DNA from: Isurus oxyrinchus | Lineage: Eukaryota | Length of the DNA: 64,000 nucleotides | NCBI GenBank assembly: GCA_026770705.1 | Contig: JANJGN010000036.1 | Span: forward strand, 682,001 to 746,000 | Direction: 5' to 3' | Shown here: piece by piece, positions 12,366 through 23,372 of the stretch | Numbering within the stretch: the first letter of the stretch is position 1 | Layout of the letters: each line of letters opens with the position of its first letter | Notes under the pieces: generated by a model | The model's input: only the letters and a program-made list of their open reading frames with translations | The model's database searches: none | What the model was told of the DNA's origin: nothing | Position numbers and translations under genes: made by a program

Positions 12366-13984
12366 TTAATGGTCATGCAGTGCTTCAATATATGTTAAAA
12401 GTAACTCTAATGCCAGATGAAACGATCCTAGATGAAGAACCAATCCATGGTAAGCACTGCCTGGTTCCGTGCTCCAATATGGTGAGGAGGACTTCGTAAC
12501 AGGCTGTATTACCATGTAGGCTCAATCCTGGACCCAAGGAGATGTGTCCAGTCTCTGGTAATCAGAGCAAATACTCAGGGCTTAACCCTATCCCACAAAA
12601 TGCAGCCTTTGACTGATGCAATTCCTATGTGGATGCATGAATGTGTTTGCTGGAATCAGGTGAGGCTGGAAACACTTCTGCTCCTGCTGTCCCATAAGAA
12701 GTGATGTAAAGACATTTGCTATCTCTTCAAAGCTGTCCTCAGCTGTTTTCAACTCCAGAAATTCTGAGGTGTGTAAATTACAACTGGCTAATAAGAAATA
12801 GCAAAGTAGGTTAGAATAGAAGTTGCCAGCCTCATTATAATATTGGACATCCAATACCGCCTCCTGGGTGCAGCCTGCTGCTTGCTCCATCTCTTACTCT
12901 GTTAAACATTGAAGCGAGCCAGCTGGATGCAGTCTGAAGATGCTTTTCAGATTCTCTACCATCTTAACAGGTCCCCATGTTTACTGCCTTGGTTACGGAG
13001 GATGTTTCATGAGTAATTTGCCGCATCTTCCGCTTGCCTTTCTGATGGTTAATTTAGTGGCGATTGTGATCCTGTCCAGCAGAAAGTGTGGCCTCTCCAA
13101 CTGCACCACTCGCTACCTAGTGGCCATGGCAAAGGCGGATCTAATGGTCATTATGACCGAGGTCATCCTGTTTCGAGTAAATTTTTAGTATTTCCCCGTG
13201 AGCTTGCTGGACATCACCCCTGCTTGTCATGTGTGCGCTGTCCTGACTGGTTCAGCAACAGAATGTGCTGTTTGATTCACTTTCACTTTTCCCTTTGATA
13301 GATATGTGGCTATCTGTTGCAGCAATGTTCCCGCAAGAAAAATGTGTTTGCAGTTCTCGCAACAACCAGCATTCTAGTCTGTTGTAAAAATGTTCCCGTC
13401 TACTTTATATATGAAGCTGGAAAAACAATCGTCAATGTGCCATTCTTTTGTATAAAGAGGAGTTATTTCACTGAGCCCGGATGAGTGGGGTTTGACTGGT
13501 TTGATACGATTCTAACCCCAGTGTTTCCATTTGTTTTAATTCTGCTTACCAACGCTCCGACTTCAGATATATTTTAGTTGCCAGTCAAGTCAGTAAGGGA
13601 CTGAGATGCCAGTGCGAGGAAGATTCTCACAGTGACCCAGAAATGGAGAGCAGAAGGAAGTCTGTGATTTTACTCTTCACCATATCCAGCAGCTTCATTC
13701 TTCTGTGGCTGACACATATAATCGAATTTTTATATGATGTAATTACAGGGTCTGATCGCAATAAATATGACTGATCTTTTTATATCCTTCGAAAAGTTGG
13801 ATACTTGCTGGTGGATTTAAGTAGCTGCATGAACACATTTATTTATGGGGTGACTCAGTCTAAATTTAGACAGCAGTTAAAGAGTGCGTTGAAATATCTA
13901 ATTATGTTAATTATTCAATCCATTAATAAATAAAGCAGCTGAGGCCTCTTATGCATCCCAGCGTTTGCTGTCCTTCAAAATAAT

Positions 13985-14250
13985 AAAGGGCAGCTGACGC
14001 ATGGGAGCACCACCACCTGGGAGTTCCCCTCCAAGCCACTCACCATCCTGACTTGGAAATATATCTCTGTTCCTTCACTATCGCAGGGTCAAAATCCTAG
14101 AACTGCCCCCTAACAGCACTGTGGATGTAATTACACCACATGGACTGTAGTGGTTCAAGAAGGCAGTTTACTACTACCATCCGAAGAGGCAATTAGGGAT
14201 GGGCAATAAATGCTGGTGTAGCGATGCCCACATCCCATGAATGAATAACA
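13985..14250 (+). mobile_element. LINE 3'-end fragment (same family as 59520-60360)
   Basis: caccaccacctgggagttcccctccaagccactcaccatcctgacttggaaata..gcaattagggatgggcaataaatgctgg. Further copies at ~27330-27570, ~54270-54540 and ~63810-64000 on the minus strand. Confidence 0.8.
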
Positions 14251-17200
14251 AAACAGACAGACTCAAATCAACAGAATTGCACCCGGAATGAGCAGGGGGC
14301 TGAAGAGCAACGAAACCGTGAGAACCCTTCTCCCTCCCCTACTGTAAGACTGAGGTGGGGGTCTGGTGGCTCTTCACTGGACAAGCCAAAGTTTTTGTGT
14401 GTCTGTGGGAGAGGACAAGGGTCTATGGACTTTTTTCCATTTAGTGAATGTGGGCTTTGCTTGCTGGGTGAAAGGTTAACCAGATGGGTTTCTAATGATA
14501 ATCGAAAATGGTTTCATCGTCATCATTCGCCACTTATTCAGATTTTTCTTCAATTTCAATTCCAGCATCTTCCGTTGTTGGATTCGGATCAACGTGTCCC
14601 TGGACTACCAGTGGCAATACCAGTACACCATCGACTCACTTATTTGTTGTCATATGTGAGTCCTGGGTGAAACCAAAGCCCATATTCAGGCATTCACATT
14701 GCTTCAATTGTCACTTGTTTTAACAACTCTATATTATCCCTGGTGGTCTGGGCTATCTCGGTTGAGTGGAATGTGATGTTGGATTTACTTATGAACCATC
14801 TGTTTTAAATTGGCTTGAATTGGAATTGGATAACAGACTCGGGAAATAAAACAGTGTTGAAAAGTAATGTATCTCCATTCCCTCACCTATTCACAACCAG
14901 AGGCTGAGAGGAAGGGAATTTTGTTTTTATGGAAATGCTGCCTGAACAGACGACAGAAGCAATTTTATTAGGAGCTTTCAAAAGGAGAATTGGATGAATA
15001 TCGAAGGGGGACATTTGCCGGGCTATGGGGAAAAGAGTGAGAGGCGAGCGGGACTAATTGGATGGATCTTTCAAGGAGCTAGTACGGGCACAGTGGGCCG
15101 AATGACTCAGTTATTCATCATTTCTACCTTTATTCTTTTGACCGTCCCTGTCTAATTCTGGATGTTGGCAGCGAGACAGAGATAACCTCCCCCACACGCC
15201 ACCTCTGTAGTGGGAACATTTTCCATCTCATTGGGGAAGATCAAGCAGTGAAAATCTTCATCAAACGATTTCTAGCATGGTAACCCGATGTCACTAAGTG
15301 AATGACTGAGCGTTTAGAATGTCCTCTCCTGGTTCGGTGAGTTCTTCAATACTCAACATTATTCCTGACTCAAATTTCATCACCACAATATTTGAAAACG
15401 CATCGAAAATAATTATGAGCAGCAATATGAAGCTTAACGCCTCCCACACTGCTCGGGGCAAGGGTGGGACGGGGGGCGGGGATTAGGGGGAGCATGTTGG
15501 AAGGGAGCGATTCGTTCCATTGCGCCTGTGCTGACACTTTGAAAGAGATATACAATTCATCCCACTGCCTCTAGATCTTTCTCCCATATCCTTGCAAACT
15601 TTCCCCTTCAAGTACTCATCCGATTCCCCCCTTTCAGGCAGCCCCTTGCAGATCACAACAACTCGTTGTGTAAAAGAAGAATCTGCTCATCTACCCCTCT
15701 GGTTCTTTTCCTGATTCTCTTCAATCTGTGTCCCTCTGGTTACCGATCCTCTGGCTAATGGAAACACTTTAGGTTCCACAGGTAAATCTTTCCCCACCTT
15801 TGCCAGGCCTGTCGATGTCAGCTTCGCTCACACACCTGCCCTGCTCCGAAAGGAAGGAGAGGTCCATCTGCCTTTCTAAACTGCAGTTTTCCCCTAAGCT
15901 TGACATTGGCCAGAAGGAGGAGGTGTGTGTGTGTGGGGGTGGAGGTGGTGGATAGGGGTGGGTGGTAGGGTGTTGGTGATTGGGGGTAGTGGAGAGGGGT
16001 GTGAGATTCCAATTAACAAAATAATCCATCTCGGGGCTGCGGAGAATTTGCTGAAGCATTTTTTGCACTTTCCCTGTCAGCCGGATCTAACAGGCCTTCA
16101 ATTGGAAATGTAACTATACAGGAACTCAGTCTGTCACTTGTGTTCCCATTGTCTGTTGGAGCGCCTGTACAAAGAGTAGCGCCGTTCTGCTCTCAATTTA
16201 AGTCGCCCCGTGAGTACAAGACCCCAGGAACAGGAAGAGGCCATTTATCCACTCGAACCTGTCCTCCCATTCAATGACATCGTTCCTGTTCTGTATCTTA
16301 ACTCCTTCTGACCGCTATGGTTCTGTAATCATTAATCCCCATACACAGGAAAGATCTATCATTCTCAGGTTTAACATTTCCAGTTGACCTCCAATCAAGG
16401 CAGCTTTTTGGGGGGAGAGTTCCAGGTTTCTACACCCCTTTATGTGAGGAAGTGCTTACTCATACCACGCCTGGCTCCCATTTTAACCCTAATCCATGGT
16501 CCTGTGGGGCTCAGTCTTTGACTGAATTCACTAACTTAATTTAAACACCTCAAGTGACTCACCTCTTAAGATCCTGTGCACAAGGAATAGTCGTTTATTC
16601 CATGCAACCAGACAATTCAACCCTTTAATCTTCGGAAACGTTGTTGTGAAACTTCACTGGTTTGACGTACGGGAAACTATCCAGACTTGGCGAGAATCAG
16701 ATCCCCGCTCCGTAAAACAACCCTCTAAAAATTCACATTGGCTCCTTTTTTCGAGATGCAAACCGAGTTTTAGGTTCAAGTATAAGTGAAAAAAAACCCT
16801 GCAATTTTTAGAATTTAAAATGTAAACAGAAACTGCTGGAGATGCACGCTGGGTGGGTTTTGTTTATTCCTGGGGCAGGCAGGTATAGTTCAGGTTCAGG
16901 GGGCTCATCTGCCTCTTAAGTGGCCATTCACGAGTCTTCCAGCCCTGTAGGTGCCAACGGATCCGCTCTCTCTTTCCAGCATTTCCTGTTTTTGTTATCT
17001 TTACCCGAAATAAATATTGTCCAGTTCATAGAGACATTTTAAAGGGGTTTCAGGAATAGAGGGACCTGGGGGTTTATAAAAATTAATCTTTGACAGTGAA
17101 AAAAGAGGTCGAGAAAACTGTTTGGAAAAGGTATATATGACTCTCGGCTTTTATAATAGAGGCAGAGAGTACAGAAACACGGGTTCTATGTTCAACATTT

Positions 17201-18157
17201 ACAAATGGCTGACTCTGCCTCCGCTGGATTATTGATTCCTAATGGGTTCCGCACTTTAGGAAGGATGTCCAAGGCCTTCAAGAGTGTGCGGAGGGACACA
17301 TACCCAGAATGGGACCAGGGATGATAGGTTTCAGTTCATGTGGAGAGACTGGAGAATCTGGGAATGTTCTCCTTAGAGTTGAGAATATTAAGGGAGATAT
17401 TTAATCGAGGCCTTCAAAATCAGGAAGAGTGTTTGGATCGAGTAAATAAGGAGAAACTGTTTCCACTGGGTAGGAGGGTCGGTAACAACAGGGACACAGA
17501 TTGAAGAGAATCTGGAAAAGAGCCAGAGGTGAAGATGTGGAGAATGTTTTTTTTATATACAGCGAGTTGTTGTGACCTGGCAGACGCTGCCTGAAAGGGC
17601 GGTGGAAACAGATTCAATAAGAACTTTCAAAAAGGGGAATTGGATAAATACTTGAAGGGGAGACATTTCATCGCAATGGGGGATGGGTGAGTGTGTTATT
17701 AATTGGATAGATATTTCAAATGGCCTCCTTCTGTGGTTGATCAGTCTAAGATTTTATGATTTCCATCGAACATTTAATTTCATTGGGAAGTCGCAAAAGG
17801 GCTGAAACCCATTTTGGAATGCAGCAATTGGAATAATGTAGGCAAAGGTATTGAAAGATTAGCGAGGCAATTATGGAAATAAAAAAATAATTGAAACTCG
17901 TCAATTAGTCAGTAATTTATTTTAAGCTGGATGTGGTTTGTGAGGGACTTTTGGCGTCCAATCTGATTACAAGTCAGAGTGTTTTATATATTCATGAATC
18001 TCCTCCCCCCAACCCCCCGCCCCTTCCCTCCATCTCTCTACCTCTCTCTCACACATGCACACACAGAGAAACACACAGACACATCAAGGTATTCTGTATT
18101 TTAATGAGTTTTCTCTCCCCCCCTCCTCCCCCCACACACACACGCACACACACGCAG

Positions 18158-18472
18158 GCAGTGAGGATTGGAGTCCACCAGTACTGCTCCCTCCTTCCTG
18201 GGAAGAAATGGACTCGGGCTCGGCCACTGTGTCCTGCCTTGTGTGTGGCTTTAAGCCGGGTTTCGAGCGGGCCCTGTGGAGTGTGAGGGGTAAACAGAGA
18301 GCGGAGTGAGGACAAGTCCTGTGTCCCGGAAAGCGATCAAACTTGCAGCCTGAACAGTTACCTGGGAGTGCTGTCCACTGCCTGGAAGAAGGGCTCCAGT
18401 TATTCTTGTGGTGACAGCCACGGTCCCTGCACTCATCCCTTCTCAAAACCATCATCCCAAGCGGTTGCTCGC
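18158..18472 (+). pseudogene. Immunoglobulin light-chain constant exon pseudogene (resembles shark type I/sigma-cart CL)
   Basis: After acceptor cgcag: SEDWSPPVLLPPSWEEMDSGSATVSCLVCGFKPGFERALWSV, then after frameshifts SDQTCSLNSYLGVLSTAWKKGSSYSC..HG..LLKTIIPSGCS. This follows the shark CL pattern as I recall it (SEDRKPSVLLLPPSSEEIDSG..FKPGF..AWNKGSSY..LLKTIS..CS). Confidence 0.85.
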
Positions 18473-19227
18473 TCGGAGAAACTGCAACTCGGCGTTACAG
18501 TTTGATTAATTGAAGATATTTCATGTAATGGCACAGTTTATTCAACGTGTGAAAAATGCACCTTTTTTGTAACAATGTCAGATTTCGGAGAGCAACGTGA
18601 ATGTCAAATGAAACCAGAAGGGAGCGAAATTATTATCTGTCCTTGTGCATCGGAATTTCCCATGGAATTGTTCCAAGTATCCTGTGAGCAAAGTTTCGCT
18701 TTGCGCATAATGGGGACACTGACCATGGTGGGTTTGTGAACTTGTGTGACACAGTTTCTAATAAACACCAAGTGCTGTTATGAAATTAAATTGGCCGATC
18801 ATCATTCAGCACTTAAAGGAACGTGGGGAGGATTGACAGTGAATAATGTACAGTTCAGATAAGACAACATAGAATTACGTAAAATGACAGAACAAAAACA
18901 GAACTGCATACAGGAACAGCACAGAAACATGCACCTATACTATTCTTGTTGACGACATCCTGTGGGAACGAGTTCCACATTCTGCACACTCTCTGAGTAA
19001 AGAAGCTTCTCCTAAATTGCCAAATGGATTTTTTCTGTAGCTATCTTATACATGTGACTAATATTTTCCAAATCCTGGATAAGTGATGCCTTATTAAACC
19101 ATTTCATAATTTTAAAAGCCTCTGTCAGGTCACCCATCAATCTTCTGTTGTTTTTTTTAGAGAAAGGATCTACAGCCTGTTTACACTTTCCTTGTAGATA
19201 TAAGCTCTCAGTTCTGGGTCACGGACA

Positions 19228-20025
19228 ATGAGCTTCCTTAGTGTCTTTGCATCGTTCCCCCTCTTTCAGGAGGAGATATCGTGACAGGTTCTGATAGAGT
19301 GGAGAAGACTTTGGAGAGTGTAACCACTGACAGGAGGGTCAGTAACCAGAGGGACACAGATTGGCGATAATCGGCAAAAGAACCAGCAGGGGAGAAGAGG
19401 ATATTCTTTTATTAAAAGAGCGAATTATTGTGGTTTAGAAGGCGCTGCCTGAAATGGCAGTGGAAGCAGATTCAATAGGGACTTTCAAAATAGGAATTGG
19501 ATAAATTCTTGACGGGGAAAAATGCAAGGATTTGGGTGAAAGATTCGAGCAGAGATTGAGGTCTAATTGGATAGAACTTTCAAAGAGCCAGCAGAGGCAC
19601 GGCGGGTGGAATGGACTCCTCGTCTTAAAGGCGCAATTTCAGTGCAGCCTCTGCATGTTTCAGCTTCCTTGTATTGGTGTCTTTAATTGCATTCTGCCCC
19701 TTTATACAGTATAGGAGCAAGGTGTAATTCAAATAATCTTTGCAATGTATCTGTGTCCGAGTTACCAATATATTGAAGCACTTTTGAAAACCAATGATAA
19801 CTTTGTCACTCCATTTTTGTGATGGTTCAGACCAGAGGTGCCCAGGGTGTCTCTTGCACTAATTTACAAATGCATTTCTAGAGTGAATGTGTTCAGGTTA
19901 GAAATATGGTTAAGGGCTGAGAGGGCCGGTCAGTTACTGTTTGGAAATTTAGGCTGCAATTAATATGAAAACTGCAGAGTAAGTGGTTTCCGAGCCTTCA
20001 CTGGTTGTGTCCTGGGAGTGGACAT
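19228..20025 (+). pseudogene. Type A gene shell: leader exon plus 3' flank, with V/C/TM/cytoplasmic exons deleted
   Basis: ATGAGCTTCCTTAGTGTC..CTCTTTCAGG|aggagatatc at 19228-19270 matches the intact leader but has a dead donor. 19640-20025 matches the gene A 3' region 34350-34710. Confidence 0.7.
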
Positions 20026-20329
20026 TTAAACATACACTTGAAAGAAATTTATTTGCAATCCACCTGCACTTTGATTCTAGTCTGTAAAATCCACTGAACT
20101 GTATTATCCATAGAATCATAGACACTTACAAAATATAAGGAGGCCATTCGGCCTGTGCTGACTGTTCGAATGTACACTTTAGTTCCACTCCCCAGCAATC
20201 AGTGCAAGACTCTGAGAGTTAGTCATCTTGTAGCAAACCTCCAGTAAATAGTCGTATCGAAGCTGCTTACACCAGAAAGCATCGGCTGTGACTGAAAGCT
20301 GTTTGCTGACTGTGTTAAAATTTTTCAAG

Positions 20330-20860
20330 CGTGAACACTATTTCCTTCTCACATGAGAAGAACAGTCAAATCTGCAACTACAATTTACACGGTGTTTCAC
20401 TGAGTTGAAGTGAAATAATCCCATGGCACCTTTAATTGCATAAACATTTAAAATCTCGACTGGAAACCGTTGGTGTGATGATCTCTGGATGATTGTGTTG
20501 GTTATTAAACTCTGATCGAATGGAGAACCTCTTGTTCCTAATGGATAGAAGTACTCCCAAATTAACTTGGGCTTATTCTCCTGTAAAACTACATTCTGCA
20601 CCGATATTGTAAAGAGTATTTGGAGGCACGTGTTGCAAGATGCAGATGGAAAAGTTATTTCTGCTAAACACAACTCATCCATCCGGGAATGTTTTGTCCC
20701 TCTGAGCCATCAGCACAACAACTCTTTCATAAACAATTTCAGGGAGTTTCACAGACCCAATCCCCTCGACCCCAATTCGCTCTACCCAGAGAACCACTCA
20801 GGATGCTCGTCTTCCTGTTTGTGATAGACCTCCTGACATCAGTCCTTAAATTATGACTCC
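20330..20860 (-). other. Unidentified decayed coding-like block X, copy 2
   Basis: ORF 20338..20682 DELCLAEITFPSASCNTCLQILFTISVQNVVLQENKPKLIWEYFYP..; homologous to the other two copies. Confidence 0.5.
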
Positions 20861-21939
20861 TCAATACCACTGGAAACAGGACAGTGGAGCAGAATGAGGC
20901 CATTCAGCCCCCTAGCCTGTTTCGCTATTTAGTTGCATCATGTGCGCATCTGTTCCTGAACTCCACCTAACTGTCTTTATTCCAGATCCCTTAATCCCCT
21001 CACCCGAATAAAATGAATTGACTGCAGCCTTAATTGCTTTTTTAGGATGACAGTTGAAGATTTTCACTCAGTTTCTGTGTGAACAAGTTCTTCCTGACAT
21101 CAGACCTGAGGAGCCTCGCTCTAATTTGAAGGTTCATCCCCTTTGTTCTGGACGCCCCCACTCTCCCCACCAGAGGTAATAGTTTCCCTCTATCCACTCT
21201 ATCGAATCCTTTCATAATCTTGAACACCCCGGTTCAATAACCTCTCAATCTTGTAAACTGGAAGAATGGAAGCTTAGCATATCCAGCCTGTACTCGTATT
21301 TTAACCCTTTGAGCCCTGGTATTGTCATTGTGAATGGAAGTTTGCGTTATGTGAACCTAAAACACAATCTGAATGCACGTTCAGAAGAGCGCAAGAGTTC
21401 ATTTAACTGTTCAAGAGACTTCTTGGGCACTTTCTCGGAGATGGATTTTGAAAGAATTTTTGCCTGGAACTGCCTCTGTTCCTCCCGAATCTGATTTTGT
21501 TGTGCTTGCTGATTCTGGAGTAATCGGAATGGGAATATTTAGGCTGTTGTGACTTTGATCGGTAACTCAGTCTAACCAGGTGTGGTGTAATCCTTTATCT
21601 CTCTGACTAAATATATTGTAAACAGTCATTTGGCAGTACAGAATTTGAGTATTGGTGGATAAAAAGAAACTTTCTAATGGACGCTTGTCACTTTGAACTC
21701 ATCTGTGAAATTCGCAATAAAATATCAATGTCAGTGGAAACCACCTATTTGTGCTGTACAAGAAAAAAACGCGCTGATTGTTTGGCAGGTGGATCCTGTT
21801 TGGTAGAGGTGTTGCAATGGAGAATACACTAGTTGAGGGTGACCGGCAGCTAAATGCCAAGCATAGTATCTCATAAATATCAGCAACAGGTTAAACTAGC
21901 TGCTTCACGTAGCTACGATGTAGTAGCAACACACGTTGT

Positions 21940-22670
21940 ATTTGCCATTAACAGGATGTTGCGTCAAACCCAAAAGCATTCTGCCTATCACACAAAAGAC
22001 TAATGTGATCTATGAATTCCAGTATCAGTCTGATGTTAGGCATGTCCGCCATATGTCCCAAAGACTGGCCGATTGTATCAAATAGAATGTTCCTTCCACT
22101 GTTCATAGTGGGCAAGTTACGGACTGTACCCAATCAGCCTGTTCTTGCAAAACTCAGAACACGGTGTTGAAAATTAAGTTATCCTGTGGTTGGACAACAC
22201 ATGCTGAAGAATCCTCAGGGTGCAACGAATTATGCTGACAACCAATTTAAGGTAGTCATTTGGGCTCAGAGTGGGGCGCATTTATGTGCCTTTGAATCTA
22301 CATATATTTACACACAGGGCCGTTTTCTTTGCTGGCAGAAGTAACATGTGCACACGTTGTGTCTGTTTCTGCTAAACAAAGTAAGTGTCAGCCATTCACT
22401 GGTTCATTCCTCAGGGCAATGTCTTGACCAATCAGAGACAAACTGCCTGGTAAAAATTTTGAACAGTACTTGGCAGTTAACTGTCGGTCTCCATCAACTA
22501 CTACATTCTCCAGGGCAACGCCTCCACAAATCAGGCCCCACTTGCCAATAAATCAACACTTTTTTCTCAAGTGGTGTAATTGTTTTCTCCCTGACATTGG
22601 TATTTTCGAGCGAATTGTCCTGATGAGTGCCAGGTGAAAAGGTTCGGCAAAGAAGTCCCTTTTTTCAGGA
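21940..22670 (+). mobile_element. Penelope-like element fragment: GIY-YIG endonuclease remnant and hammerhead-bearing tail
   Basis: ILPITQKTNVIYEFQYQSDVRHVRHMSQRLADCIK*NVP..GQHMLKNP..NYADNQFKV..LCAFESTYI. Tail TTGTCCTGATGAGTGCCAGGTGAAAAGGTTCGGCAA. Confidence 0.75.
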
Positions 22671-23372
22671 ACATGTGGATATCTTGTTGCAATGATGTGC
22701 AAACGTGGAATTAGGAAAATGCGAATAGCTAGATGGAAAATGTCTAAATTCCAGCTAGATTATATTCCACTATCCTAATATTTCAATGATGCAATGATAA
22801 TTGGCTTATCATGGTAATAAAGTAACAGCAACTTGTCCACATCTGGTCCAGATATGAGAGGAGAGAATCCAACCATGATGGACAGCTTTGCTCCAAAGTC
22901 ATCTCTTCAGCCAAAACACACTGCATTCACCCTATGGCTCTGACATGTTGGTTTCAATTTTAACACAAACCATAGCACACTGTAGCAAAGCAAAGTGGAA
23001 ACATCACAGGTTTCCTGCATCACTGCCCATGTTCTTCTCTTGCTGTTCTCTAATTCTGTAAATGATTGCAGAGTTTAACAGGATTTAAAGACAAGCTGGA
23101 AATCTGAACTAGAAACTGCTGGGAATCCGCATTTGGGACTGATGGAGATATTAAACCTGGAAAATTAACCTATTATTTGAATTATCAGAGTGGGAGGGGC
23201 CGAGCGACATGTTGTGATTCCAGTTAGAGTCCTCAGCGGGATTTAACAAAAAGTCAATTGCTCTAGATTGTGACCAGGTGTTCACCGCGTGAAATATCCA
23301 GCATGGGGCGCTTTGCACCTTATCCCAAAAATGAACTTTTTGTATATTATTCCAACAGCTCTATAATCTCAC

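Larger units (their letters stand above)
7222..13942 (+). pseudogene. Class A GPCR pseudogene of the cartilaginous-fish GPR139-like expansion (2 exons)
   Basis: Exon 1 ends ..KVYNTIVAVIGVP|gtgagt at 7288. Exon 2 (13049-13942) reads VNLVAIVILSSRKCGLSNCTTRYLVAMAKADL..FDRYVAICC..DPEMESRRKSVILLFTIS..NTFIYGVTQSKFRQQ. It has a lost acceptor, several in-frame stops (e.g. 13186-13188) and frameshifts. Confidence 0.88.

Noticed and set aside
14390-14430. RSS nonamer-like AGTTTTTGT upstream of the CL relic
   Set aside because: No CACTGTG-like heptamer at 12/23 spacing and no FGxG J coding segment follows.
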